Source: an uncultured Prevotellaceae bacterium
GTDB taxonomy: Bacteria > Bacteroidota > Bacteroidia > Bacteroidales > Bacteroidaceae
DNA: 64,000 nt
NCBI GenBank assembly: GCA_900315095.1
Contig: OMXS01000018.1
Span: 21,801-85,800, forward strand
Reading direction: 5' to 3'
Below, in pieces: positions 8,169 to 17,707 of the stretch. Both the position numbers and the translations under genes were made by a program. A model generated the notes under the pieces. The model ran no database searches, was not told the DNA's origin, and saw nothing but the letters and a program-made list of their open reading frames with translations. Position 1 is the stretch's first letter; each line of letters starts with the position of its first letter.

Positions 8169-8924
8169 TCAGTAGTAAAGAGAAAGCATAGAAGAGAGTA
8201 AGGCAGGTGGAATAGAGTAGGTGTTAGGCAAAACAACGTATAAATTGTTCTTCGTGGCAAAGGTAAAGTTCTCAGGGACATAGTAATTGACGCCATTAGC
8301 ATAGGTTTGCACATAATGTCGATGTTTTATGATCCACCCATGATTCACCGCAAATTTTATGGTTTTTATGACCGTGACACCGCTACACCCAAGTTCCTTT
8401 TTTAGCCTTTCGATGCTTATTCCATACTCCTCATACACTTGATTTGGCGAGTTAAGCACCCCATTACGCACCATTTTCTTCACCATTTTCTTTACCGCTT
8501 TATAGTCGGTATTCGGTTTGGGACTACTGTTTTCTTTAAGCACATATTTTATGAACTCCTTCCTTAATTGTACTCTAATTATAATAAAGGACCTAAGTGA
8601 ACTGATTACATGCTTGTAAGAAGAAAAATCGAAAAAACTGATGTCAATATTCCCTTTGATATTGCGTGAACTGAGACTATTCAATACCAATATCTTGTTC
8701 TTGCCAGAACCTTCGAAATGGATGAACTTGTTTTTCTCTAAAATTGGCATATAATTCTTCAGCGTATTATAGGGCACCCTTGTCACAGAACAAAGTCTGT
8801 GAAGGTTGTAACGCTTTAAACGTGATTTTTTAATGATGCTTTTCAGGTAGATGGCAAGCGCAACTATCTTCTGGTCATCTTTGTTACCCCTACATTTGTC
8901 AAGTAATTTTTGTTTAATATACAT
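8169..8924 (-). CDS. AT-rich basic hypothetical protein with two putative wHTH regions, resembling Bacteroidales prophage replication-region proteins
   Basis: Lys-rich. HTH-like segments YNLHRLCSVTRVPYNTLKNYMPILEKNKFI and GISIERLKKELGCSGVTVIKTIKFAVNHGWI. The family assignment is from memory. Confidence 0.6.
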   Translation of the reverse strand: MYIKQKLLDKCRGNKDDQKIVALAIYLKSIIKKSRLKRYNLHRLCSVTRVPYNTLKNYMPILEKNKFIHFEGSGKNKILVLNSLSSRNIKGNIDISFFDFSSYKHVISSLRSFIIIRVQLRKEFIKYVLKENSSPKPNTDYKAVKKMVKKMVRNGVLNSPNQVYEEYGISIERLKKELGCSGVTVIKTIKFAVNHGWIIKHRHYVQTYANGVNYYVPENFTFATKNNLYVVLPNTYSIPPALLSSMLSLYY

Positions 8925-9199
8925 TCTTGTCTTTTAATTAATTCGTAATTGTTATTCCGTTCTCTGCCAGAGTGTTACCCTGCTTTACTTTCACAATAGA
9001 AAGGGTGGTAATTCTTAACATAAAAACGAATGAAATTTAATTAACTCTCAAATATTTTTCTGTCTCCTAACGTATCCTCATTTCACCCGCAATGTTTGTA
9101 GGTAAAAGCCCCACAAGCTAATGTTCTTAAACCTGTGGGGCAAGGATTCAAACTCTTAAACAAGAATTCTCCGCAGGCATGAAAAGCCGTTACTGTCTT

Positions 9200-9643
9200 T
9201 TAAGGTGTCACCTCATCATCACCCTTGTCCACATCGTTCTTAGGAAGTTCCTTGACTGTGGAACCTGAGGTTAAGACATTCCGGCGCTGGCCATTCTTGT
9301 CAACAGTCACAACGGGTTGGAAATTGACGTGCAATCCCTTCACATTCTTTGCTGCAGAAAACTCCTTGGCGGTGGGTGCTGGAGATGTGGAGAGCCCCAT
9401 CTTGAATGTACCCAGTCCGTCAATTCTTACAGCATAAGACTTCTGAATGAAATCCTTGATTACCTCAACCATCTCAGTAAGCACTGCTAGAGCATCAGCC
9501 TTCTTTGCTGTGGTGTTGTCCTGAATGCGTTGAGCAATCTCATCAAGATTGATGGTGTCAATCATCTTGGCACGTGCGTACCACTCTCCCTTGTGCGTGG
9601 AGTTGACCCTGTTGTCCTGAACTAATCTGTAAAATACTGCCAT
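9200..9643 (-). CDS. HU-family histone-like DNA-binding protein (Bacteroidetes expanded type)
   Basis: GEWYARA....TINLDEIAQRIQDNTT.K.AD..AVL....EV......V.IDGLGTFK.G signature. Confidence 0.9.
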   Translation of the reverse strand: MAVFYRLVQDNRVNSTHKGEWYARAKMIDTINLDEIAQRIQDNTTAKKADALAVLTEMVEVIKDFIQKSYAVRIDGLGTFKMGLSTSPAPTAKEFSAAKNVKGLHVNFQPVVTVDKNGQRRNVLTSGSTVKELPKNDVDKGDDEVTP

Positions 9644-9998
9644 AACATACTAAAGTTTATTGGTAAAAAATTAAGTTATCCTTGGACACAATCCCTCTTG
9701 TATCCAGTTACAAAGTTACAAATTATTCTCGACATAACAAAATGATTCTCAAATATTTACGGTTAAAAAGGGTTAATTTCCCAATCGGATTACATTTCAA
9801 TCTGAAACGTGCTCCAAGTAAGCACAAATTGCATTCCAACTAACCATTAACAGGCCTGCGATTTGTATACAAACCATCACCTAGTTTATATACAAACTGC
9901 ACTCCGTTTTATATATAAACTGCATGCTATTTGGTTGCTTTTTGCATCCCCGAAAGCCATCATTTACATTGCAACTCATTGGCAATATGGCTGGAGAA

Positions 9999-10040
9999 GG
10001 GTAGGGGCATGCGTCATGTATGCCCTTTACCTATTTTTTG
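9999..10040 (+). terminator. Terminator-like hairpin immediately upstream of REPIN 3
   Basis: GGGTAGGGGCAT...ATGCCCTTTACC followed by TATTTTTT. Confidence 0.45.
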
Positions 10041-10060
10041 TAGATAAATAAGAGGCAAAT

Positions 10061-10190
10061 CCAAGTCAGGAATATTTCCGCCTCCTAGTAGGGGGAGGTC
10101 AGGAGGGGATTGTGATGATAGTGTTTCATGATAGAGTAGACTTACACGAAACAATCCCCCTCAACTCCCCCTTGCCAAAGGGGAGAAAAT
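10061..10190. repeat. REPIN-like inverted repeat doublet 3 (inverted relative to doublets 1 and 2)
   Basis: Arms 10074-10113 and 10151-10190. The first arm is 35/40 identical to 3778-3817, the spacer is 28/37 to the doublet-1 spacer, and flank 10061-10072 is the reverse complement of 3819-3830. Confidence 0.9.
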
Positions 10191-10282
10191 CTCTTATCAT
10201 GTATATTTTTTTCATTCCTCTGGAGCTTCAGTTGCTTTCCATATTGAAAATTTCTCCTCAAAAGAGTACTTCATATAAAAAT

Positions 10283-10487
10283 AAATGTTTATCTTTGCAT
10301 TCGTAAGTATTAACTTTAAAACCGTATGCCTATGGTATAACGAAATAATTACATAAGGAAGAAGCGTTTGCTTTTTGTTCTTGTTCTATCGAAATCGCCA
10401 ATTTCAACAAAGCAGCAAGACTAAGGCTGCTATGGTGTTTGGCGATACCTGATAGAACGTAGACTTAGTAAACAGTCCGCGTTTTTT
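10283..10487 (+). promoter_or_regulatory. Promoter + MPMV uORF + attenuator-like leader, copy B
   Basis: 35/35 promoter block shared with 2928-2962 and uORF at 10326-10340. 10383-10401 is complementary to 10439-10458. A hairpin plus T-tract ends at 10487. Confidence 0.75.
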
Positions 10488-10516
10488 GTATTTTATATTT
10501 TTTTAAATTTTAAATT

Positions 10517-10762
10517 ATGGATAATAATAACAACACCAAGTTCTCATTCAATTCGGATGATATTGTAGCAAGCATCCTATCTGGTATCGGCGTTCTTGGA
10601 ACACTCGCGGGACTATTTATTGTGATTGTCTCACTCTTTGGCAGAAATACACATTACGCATCGGGATTTTCTGTGCTTTTTAGCTCCCTTTTCATGCTCG
10701 GATTCTCAATCTTAGTCAGGGCTGCTGTTAAGTATTTAAATCAGAGAGAAGAGCAAAAATAG
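10517..10762 (+). CDS. Small two-TM membrane protein
   Basis: Two long hydrophobic segments. A-rich translation initiation region downstream of the leader. Confidence 0.75.
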   Translation: MDNNNNTKFSFNSDDIVASILSGIGVLGTLAGLFIVIVSLFGRNTHYASGFSVLFSSLFMLGFSILVRAAVKYLNQREEQK

Positions 10763-10774
10763 TGAATATGTATT

Positions 10775-11227
10775 ATGAATAATATTATTAAGAAAAGTCT
10801 TTTATTGATAGCTACCATTCTACATCTTGCATCATGTTCAGATAAAACACCTGAACAACCAAGAAATATTAAAGTAGAAACGTGGGCAGATAAGGCAGAA
10901 GCTTTTTTTCCTCAGGCACTTGACGAGGCTGTTCCTCATGACTGGCAGACACAACCTTATATCACCGATGTCGATATTTGGTGTAACAATGACAGTACAA
11001 AGACATACGTCAAAAGATTTCATATGAAATATTACAACCAATTCGGTGGCATGTCTAATGGACGTTTTTTCTATGTGTACGTATGGGATAAAGATAAGGG
11101 AGTCATAAGGTACAATATAAGTGAGAATGGAAGTTCGTATTTACTGAGAGATGGCAATGATGATGAATGGGCGTATCAGGACAAGGCAGTTACATATTGC
11201 ATTGTTTTCGGCGGCTCATATAATTAA
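10775..11227 (+). CDS. Hypothetical lipoprotein
   Basis: Signal peptide II MNNIIKKSLLLIATILHLASC-SDK. Confidence 0.75.
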   Translation: MNNIIKKSLLLIATILHLASCSDKTPEQPRNIKVETWADKAEAFFPQALDEAVPHDWQTQPYITDVDIWCNNDSTKTYVKRFHMKYYNQFGGMSNGRFFYVYVWDKDKGVIRYNISENGSSYLLRDGNDDEWAYQDKAVTYCIVFGGSYN

Positions 11228-11361
11228 ATAATTACGCAGTAGAGGGAATACATTCTATTTTATGTGCCTTTTTTGTATTAATTAATGGTTCCTTCTTTGA
11301 CTCAATAGGGGTATATTCAAGCTTTTCATTTATGCTATTTATCATAATGTCGAATCATGAA

Positions 11362-11477
11362 TAACTTTAAACTTTGAACTTGTAACTTTGAACATTAAAC
11401 AATATATATTGCTTTCACTCGTAGGTAATCATAAAGTTACAAGTTCAATGTTCAATGTTCAAAGAAAAAGAATGTTC
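11362..11477. repeat. Inverted heptamer-repeat element
   Basis: (taacttt/aaacttt/gaacttg/gaacatt)n facing (aaagtta/caagttc/aatgttc)n around a ~35-nt core. Confidence 0.75.
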
Positions 11478-11480
11478 AAG

Positions 11481-11520
11481 AAAAAATGCCCGGACACTTT
11501 AGCATGTCACGGGCACTTTG
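11481..11520 (-). terminator. pgm terminator
   Basis: AAAAAATGCCCG-GACA...TGTC-ACGGGCA hairpin with T-tract on the - strand. Confidence 0.7.
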
Positions 11521-11546
11521 TTGTTTAAGGTTTAAGGAATTCAGGA

Positions 11547-13295
11547 TTACAGTCCGAGGTCTTTCTTTATTAACTCAATCTTCTCAGCTGCTGCATTTGA
11601 GCAACGCTCATAGCATCCTGCACACTTCATTGTGTTGTCCTTAACCTCTGTGTAGAACTTGATCTTTGGCTCTGTTCCTGATGGACGTACACTAATCTTG
11701 GTGCCATCCTCACAGAACCACTGCAGTACGTTGCTGGTGTCTGGCATGTCAATCTTTGTAACAGTACCATCAGCATTCTTCTGCTCAAGTGTCTTGTAGT
11801 CCTTCCACAGGCACACTTTAGAGCCGCCAAGCTCCTTAGGAGGATTGTTGCGGAAGTTCTCCATCATGGCCTTAATCTCATCAGCACCGCTCTTTCCTGG
11901 CTTTACTACGTTGATAGTCACCTCTTTAGAGAAGCCGTACTCCTGATAGATGTTCATCAGAAGGTCGTAGAGAGTCATGCCATTGTCCTTTGCCCATGCT
12001 GCAATCTCACAGATGAGACAGATGCTGGCAGGTGAATCCTTGTCACGTACCTTGTCAAATGGCAGGAATCCGAAGCTTTCCTCACCACCACCGATGTATT
12101 TCTTCACACCTTCATTGACGCGGATTTCATTGGCAATCCACTTGAATCCTGTGTAGCAGTCCTTGAGTTCTACACCGTTCTTGTCGGCAATCTTCTTGAT
12201 TACCTCTGTTGTAACGATGGTCTTCACAAGGAACTCGTTGCCCTTGAGTTGTCCCAGTTTCTTCTTGTTTGCTATGATATACCAGCAGAACATCATGCAG
12301 GTCTGGTTGCCATTGAGGATTTCCCACTCACCCTTGTCATTACGGCATACAATAGCCAGACGGTCAGCATCAGGGTCACTAGCAATCACAAGGTCTGCAT
12401 TGAGACGTGTTCCAAGCTTCATACCCAGTGTCATTGCCTCTGCATTCTCTGGGTTTGGAGAAACAACTGTCGGGAAGTTACCATCGATTACCATCTGCTC
12501 TGGCACCACATGGATGTTCTGGAATCCCCATGAACGCAGTGCCTCAGGGATAATCACACGACCTGTTCCATGCATTGGAGAGTAAACAATGTTGAGGTCT
12601 TTGTGGCGAAGAATCACATCCTGGTCAACCATTGCTTCCTTAACAGCCTGCAGGTAGTCCCAGTCCATCTCACCACCGATAATCTCGATGAGTTCCTTGT
12701 TAGGCTCAAACTTAACATCTTCAATCTTCACCTTGTTCACTTCATCGATGATGCCCTTGTCATGTGGAGCCAGAACCTGTGCTCCATCATCCCAGTAAGC
12801 CTTGTATCCATTGTACTCCTTCGGGTTGTGAGAAGCTGTAACATTTACTCCAGCCTGAGCTCCTAACTGCCTGATAGCGAATGAGATTTCAGGTGTTGGA
12901 CGAAGACTTTCAAAGAGATAAGCCTTGATGCCATTGGCAGAGAAGATGTTAGCCACAGTCTCAGCAAACTGACGTCCATGATTACGACAGTCATGACCTA
13001 CAACCACAGAGAGGTCTTTCTTTCCCGGGAAAGCCTTCAGTATATAGTTGGCAAAGCCCTGAGTGGCCATACCTACGATATAAACATTCATGCGGTTGGT
13101 GCCTGCTCCCATGATACCACGAAGTCCACCAGTGCCAAACTCAAGTGAGCGATAGAAACTGTCTATGAGTTCTGACTTGTCAGGATTGTCCAGCATAGCC
13201 TGAACCTCCTTGCGTGTTTCCTCGTCGAATGAAGGAGAAAGCCACTGCTTGGCAGCCTGTTCACACTGAGCGATAAGTTCTTTGTTATTTTCCAT
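11547..13295 (-). CDS. pgm: Phosphoglucomutase / phospho-sugar mutase
   Basis: FGTGGLRG, TASHNP phosphoserine loop, DPDADR, GEESFG, RPSGTEPKIK. Start at MENNK. Confidence 0.92.
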   Translation of the reverse strand: MENNKELIAQCEQAAKQWLSPSFDEETRKEVQAMLDNPDKSELIDSFYRSLEFGTGGLRGIMGAGTNRMNVYIVGMATQGFANYILKAFPGKKDLSVVVGHDCRNHGRQFAETVANIFSANGIKAYLFESLRPTPEISFAIRQLGAQAGVNVTASHNPKEYNGYKAYWDDGAQVLAPHDKGIIDEVNKVKIEDVKFEPNKELIEIIGGEMDWDYLQAVKEAMVDQDVILRHKDLNIVYSPMHGTGRVIIPEALRSWGFQNIHVVPEQMVIDGNFPTVVSPNPENAEAMTLGMKLGTRLNADLVIASDPDADRLAIVCRNDKGEWEILNGNQTCMMFCWYIIANKKKLGQLKGNEFLVKTIVTTEVIKKIADKNGVELKDCYTGFKWIANEIRVNEGVKKYIGGGEESFGFLPFDKVRDKDSPASICLICEIAAWAKDNGMTLYDLLMNIYQEYGFSKEVTINVVKPGKSGADEIKAMMENFRNNPPKELGGSKVCLWKDYKTLEQKNADGTVTKIDMPDTSNVLQWFCEDGTKISVRPSGTEPKIKFYTEVKDNTMKCAGCYERCSNAAAEKIELIKKDLGL

Positions 13296-13469
13296 ACTAT
13301 TAATTTGTTTATGATTAGTGTTTAATGTTCTAAATGCAAAGATAATCATAATTTTTAAATTATAGCAGAACATGTGCCGATTTTTTATTTTTTAATATAT
13401 TATTTACAAATCTATGTTGCTCAAACGAACTAAAAATGCTACCTTTGCGGACAAAATAGACAATCAATA

Positions 13470-13844
13470 ATGGAAATCTACTTCACAGGCGTAATCATAG
13501 CAGTAAGCACATTCCTCATCATCGGACTGTGCCATCCACTTGTAATAAAGACAGAATACTACAGCGGCACAAAGCTATGGTGGACATACCTTGTGGCAGG
13601 ACTGGCATTCGTGGCAGCAGCATTCTTCATCGAGAATGTCATCATATCATCCATACTTGGAGTGACAGGAGCATCACTACTGTGGGGCATCGGAGAACTC
13701 TTTGCACAGAAGAAACGAGTGGAGAAAGGATGGTTCCCCATGAATCCAAAGAGGAAACATGAGTACAAAGTGGGCAACAACGAAGGCCTCTGCCCTATTC
13801 ATGGCAAGAAAATGGAACACCCGGCAAACTACCATAATAAATGA
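13470..13844 (+). CDS. DUF4491 family membrane protein
   Basis: TFLIIGLCHPLVIKTEYY ... ELFAQKKRVEKGWFPMNPKR. Confidence 0.85.
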   Translation: MEIYFTGVIIAVSTFLIIGLCHPLVIKTEYYSGTKLWWTYLVAGLAFVAAAFFIENVIISSILGVTGASLLWGIGELFAQKKRVEKGWFPMNPKRKHEYKVGNNEGLCPIHGKKMEHPANYHNK

Positions 13845-14311
13845 AGACAACACTAGTCCTCATAGGAAAAACAGACAACAAACACATCTCAGCATGCATC
13901 AACGACTATGTTGAACGCATAAGCCACTACATGCCCTTCGACATCACCACCCTACCCGATATAAAAAACACCAAGAACCTCACCGAAGAACAGCAGAAAG
14001 AACAAGAAGGAAAGGCCATCATGAAGCTACTGCAACCATCCGACTATGTAGTGCTGCTCGATGAACATGGCAAGGAACTCCGCAGCATAGAGTTTGCACA
14101 ATGGATAGAAAAGAAACAAATCACAGCCCGACGACTCATATTTATAATAGGAGGACCATACGGCTTCTCCCCCACCCTATACCAACGTGCCAATGAACTC
14201 CTCTCCCTTTCCCGCCTCACATTCTCTCATCAGATGGTACGACTGATATTCACAGAGCAAATATACCGGGCATGCACTATTATAAAAGGTGAACCTTACC
14301 ATCATGAATAA
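13841..14311 (+). CDS. rlmH: 23S rRNA (pseudouridine-1915-N3)-methyltransferase
   Basis: SPOUT motifs FIIGGPYG, LSLSRLTFSHQMVRL, EQIYRA, GEPYHHE. Confidence 0.95.
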   Translation: MKTTLVLIGKTDNKHISACINDYVERISHYMPFDITTLPDIKNTKNLTEEQQKEQEGKAIMKLLQPSDYVVLLDEHGKELRSIEFAQWIEKKQITARRLIFIIGGPYGFSPTLYQRANELLSLSRLTFSHQMVRLIFTEQIYRACTIIKGEPYHHE

Positions 14312-14342
14312 TACATATCACATAACATAAAACCGTTAACCT

Positions 14343-15458
14343 ATGAAGAAACTATTATCGTTAATTGCCCTTGTGGCATTCGTGTTAACTCCATGTCTGG
14401 CACAGACTGGGAAAGTGAACAACTTCAAAATCAAGCGAGGCACCAACGTGAGCCATTGGCTTTCACAGTCAGAGGCCCGTGGAGAGATGCGCCGTCTGCA
14501 TATCCAGGAGGAAGACTTCGCAAGACTGGAGAAACTGGGTTTTGACTTCGTGCGTATTCCTATTGATGAAGTGCAGTTCTGGGATGAGCAAGGCAACAAA
14601 CTGCCTGAGGCATGGACTCTGCTCACTAATGCTCTCGACTGGGCTGGAAAGCATCATCTGCGTGCAATTGTCGACCTCCACATCATCCGTTCACATTATT
14701 TCAATGCCGTTAATGAAGGAGGCGCCTCTGCCAACACTCTCTTTACATCAGAGAAAGCACAGCAGGATCTCATCAACCTTTGGTATCAGTTGTCGGATGT
14801 CTTGAAAGGCTACAGCACCGACTGGGTGGCATACGAGTTTATGAACGAGCCTGTAGCAGATGATCATGAGCAATGGAACCAACTGGTGGCAAAGGTACAC
14901 AAAGCACTGCGAGCACGTGAGCCACAGCGCACACTTGTTGTAGGTTCAAACCGCTGGCAGGGATATGAGACAATGAAGTATCTGAAGGTGCCACAGAATG
15001 ACAAGAACATCGTGCTGTCCTTCCACTACTACAACCCGATGATACTGACTCACTACAGCGCATGGTGGACTCCTATAGGCAAGTACACAGGTAAGTTGCA
15101 CTATCCTGGCATTATGGTGTCGAAAGAGGATTATGATGCTGCTCCTGATGACATCAAACCCGAGCTGGAGCAATATACCAAGCAAGTGTGGGACATCAAC
15201 AAGATTCGAGAGGACTTCAAGGATGCTATTGCTGTTGCAAAGAAATATGACCTGCAACTTTTCTGTGGCGAATGGGGTATCTACGAGAAAACTGACAAAG
15301 AGTTGGGCTACCAGTGGACAAAAGACATGCTCACCGTATTCGATGAGTTTAATATTGCTTGGACCACATGGTGCTATGATGCAGACTTCGGTTTCTGGGA
15401 CCAGCAGCATGACTGCTTCAAGGACAAGCCTATGGTTGACTTGTTGATGGGTAAATAA
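14343..15458 (+). CDS. Glycoside hydrolase family 5, secreted
   Basis: Signal peptide; RGTN, FDFVRIP, IVDLH, YEFMNEP (acid/base), FHYY, CGEWG (nucleophile). Confidence 0.9.
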   Translation: MKKLLSLIALVAFVLTPCLAQTGKVNNFKIKRGTNVSHWLSQSEARGEMRRLHIQEEDFARLEKLGFDFVRIPIDEVQFWDEQGNKLPEAWTLLTNALDWAGKHHLRAIVDLHIIRSHYFNAVNEGGASANTLFTSEKAQQDLINLWYQLSDVLKGYSTDWVAYEFMNEPVADDHEQWNQLVAKVHKALRAREPQRTLVVGSNRWQGYETMKYLKVPQNDKNIVLSFHYYNPMILTHYSAWWTPIGKYTGKLHYPGIMVSKEDYDAAPDDIKPELEQYTKQVWDINKIREDFKDAIAVAKKYDLQLFCGEWGIYEKTDKELGYQWTKDMLTVFDEFNIAWTTWCYDADFGFWDQQHDCFKDKPMVDLLMGK

Positions 15459-15473
15459 TAATCCTATATCCTT

Positions 15474-15519
15474 CTTTGCAGCTACCGAGTGATGATAACA
15501 TTGCTTAGTGGCTGCAAAG
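15474..15519. terminator. Terminator hairpin after GH5
   Basis: CTTTGCAGCTACCGAG...CTTAGTGGCTGCAAAG. Confidence 0.7.
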
Positions 15520-15627
15520 TGTTTTTACATAATACTAACATTTATATAAAAAAACAGTCATTTCTTTTGTGAATTCATTTCTAAATATTACTTTTGCATG
15601 TTAAATTGCAACAAAAGGTAAAAAACT

Positions 15628-16116
15628 ATGAACAAGAAAACAGTCTTAATGACGTTGTTGTTGCTGACATTAGCCATATCTGGTTATTGTCAGTTGCCCC
15701 AAGTAACTGTAAAGACAATGAACGGAAAGACCATCCGTACAGACACTTTGACCAATGAAGGAAAACCCATCATCATCGATTTCTTTGCCACTTGGTGTAA
15801 GCCGTGCAACCGCGAACTGGATGCCATTAGTGAGGTTTATGCCGACTGGCAGGAGGAAACAGGAGTAAAACTCCTTGCTGTATCAATAGACGAAGGGCAG
15901 AATATAAACAAGGTAAAACCCTTTGTCGACAACCACGGATGGGAGTACGAGGTACTGTTAGACCCCAATGGAGATCTGAAACGTGCTCTGGGCATCCAAA
16001 TGATTCCCTATGTGCTTATTGTTGACGGCAAAGGTGAAATCGTTTACCGTCATGCCGGCTATACTGACGGCGCAGAGTTCGAGTTGATTGAAAAGGTCAG
16101 GGAACTGACTAAATAA
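15628..16116 (+). CDS. TlpA/ResA-like thioredoxin-fold disulfide reductase, exported
   Basis: Signal peptide; DFFATWCKPC; IP..L cis-Pro loop. Confidence 0.9.
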   Translation: MNKKTVLMTLLLLTLAISGYCQLPQVTVKTMNGKTIRTDTLTNEGKPIIIDFFATWCKPCNRELDAISEVYADWQEETGVKLLAVSIDEGQNINKVKPFVDNHGWEYEVLLDPNGDLKRALGIQMIPYVLIVDGKGEIVYRHAGYTDGAEFELIEKVRELTK

Positions 16117-16139
16117 AACCAAGTAATACAGGAACACTA

Positions 16140-17702
16140 ATGAACAAACTGGTATTGTCGCTGATTGCCATCTGTTGCTGTCTGACAATTGGTGCCCAGA
16201 CGCAACAAGGCGTGACGTTACACGGAACAATACAGAGCGATATGCTGTTGCCTCAAAACGACAGTGAGATAGGAGCAGAGAAAACTGGCGACTTTCTTAC
16301 AAACACCTACGTTGACCTGCAGCTGCAAAGTCAATATGTCGATGCAGGTGTAAGAATGGAATATTTGGATCACCCCTTGCCAGGTTTTGAAAGTGATTTC
16401 AAAGGCTGGGGTGTCCCCCACTTCTGGGTAAAAGGACGTCTTGGATGTGCCGAGCTGACAGCAGGTACATTTTATGAGCAGTTTGGCTCAGGCCTTATCC
16501 TGCGTACTTACGAGGAACGCTCATTAGGAATTGACAACTCTTTGCTGGGTGGAAGGCTTGTTGTGAAGCCATTGAAAGGCGTGACGTTGAAAGCCCTGTC
16601 AGGTAAACAACGCAGGTATTGGAAATGGAACAAGTCTCTGGTGAGCGGCGCTGATGCAGAGGTTGCCCTGAACGAATGGATTCCAGCATTAAAGAAGTCG
16701 GAAACAGAACTCACGTTAGGTGCCTCTTGGGTGAATAAATACGAAAAACAAGAGGATATCTTCGTGGATGCCACACACAAGCTGAACCTTCCTAAATTCG
16801 TAAACGCATGGGATGTACGTGCCACGTTGAACAAAGGACCTTGGAGTCTGCTTGCTGAATATGCCCAGAAAACACAAGACCCATCATTCGATAACGGATA
16901 CATATATAAGAAAGGAACTGCTGCACTTTTCTCTGGCTCATACTCGAAGAAAGGACTGAGCCTCCTGTTGCAGGTGAAACGCAGTGAGAACATGTCGTTC
17001 CGCAGTAAGCGCTCTATGATTGGTTCTTCATCGTTCATCAACCATCTGCCGGCATTTACTCAAGAACACACCTATGCCTTAGCAGCCCTTTATCCCTACG
17101 CCACCCAACTTGCAGACGGTGAATGGGCGTGGCAGGCAGAAGCAGGATATAATTTCAAAAGGAATACGGCATTGGGCGGACGCTATGGAATGAACGTGAA
17201 ACTGAACTTCTCGCATGTACGTTGGGAGGGAACAACCAACTATCAAGACATTGACGTGCAGGTGACGCGCAGACTGTCTAAAGACTTCAGGCTGACACTT
17301 ATGTACATGAACCAGATATACAACAAAACTGTTGTAGAAGGTGAAGGCGGCAGGGTTCACAGCAACATCTTTATTGCCGACGGCAAGTGGCAGATAGCTC
17401 CCAAGACATCTTTGCGCACAGAGTTGCAATACCTCACTACTTCTGACGACCAGGGCGACTGGGCTTACGGACTCATAGAACTGTCTTTGGCACCCCATTG
17501 GATGGTTTCCGTTAGCGATATGTATAACGTGGGAGAAACACATATTCACTACTACATGGGTGGCGTGGCATTCAGCACAGGAGCACATCGTCTGCAACTG
17601 GGTTATGGACGCACCCGTGCCGGTTATAACTGCTCTGGAGGTGTATGCCGCTATGTGCCTGCCAGCAAGGGATTCACCCTGTCGTATCACTTTAACTTCT
17701 AA
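16140..17702 (+). CDS. DUF6029 family outer-membrane beta-barrel protein
   Basis: Signal peptide; FYEQFGSGLILRTYEERSLGIDNSL.G; C-terminal G.NCSGGVCRYVPA.KG and terminal Phe. Confidence 0.8.
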   Translation: MNKLVLSLIAICCCLTIGAQTQQGVTLHGTIQSDMLLPQNDSEIGAEKTGDFLTNTYVDLQLQSQYVDAGVRMEYLDHPLPGFESDFKGWGVPHFWVKGRLGCAELTAGTFYEQFGSGLILRTYEERSLGIDNSLLGGRLVVKPLKGVTLKALSGKQRRYWKWNKSLVSGADAEVALNEWIPALKKSETELTLGASWVNKYEKQEDIFVDATHKLNLPKFVNAWDVRATLNKGPWSLLAEYAQKTQDPSFDNGYIYKKGTAALFSGSYSKKGLSLLLQVKRSENMSFRSKRSMIGSSSFINHLPAFTQEHTYALAALYPYATQLADGEWAWQAEAGYNFKRNTALGGRYGMNVKLNFSHVRWEGTTNYQDIDVQVTRRLSKDFRLTLMYMNQIYNKTVVEGEGGRVHSNIFIADGKWQIAPKTSLRTELQYLTTSDDQGDWAYGLIELSLAPHWMVSVSDMYNVGETHIHYYMGGVAFSTGAHRLQLGYGRTRAGYNCSGGVCRYVPASKGFTLSYHFNF

Positions 17703-17707
17703 CACCC

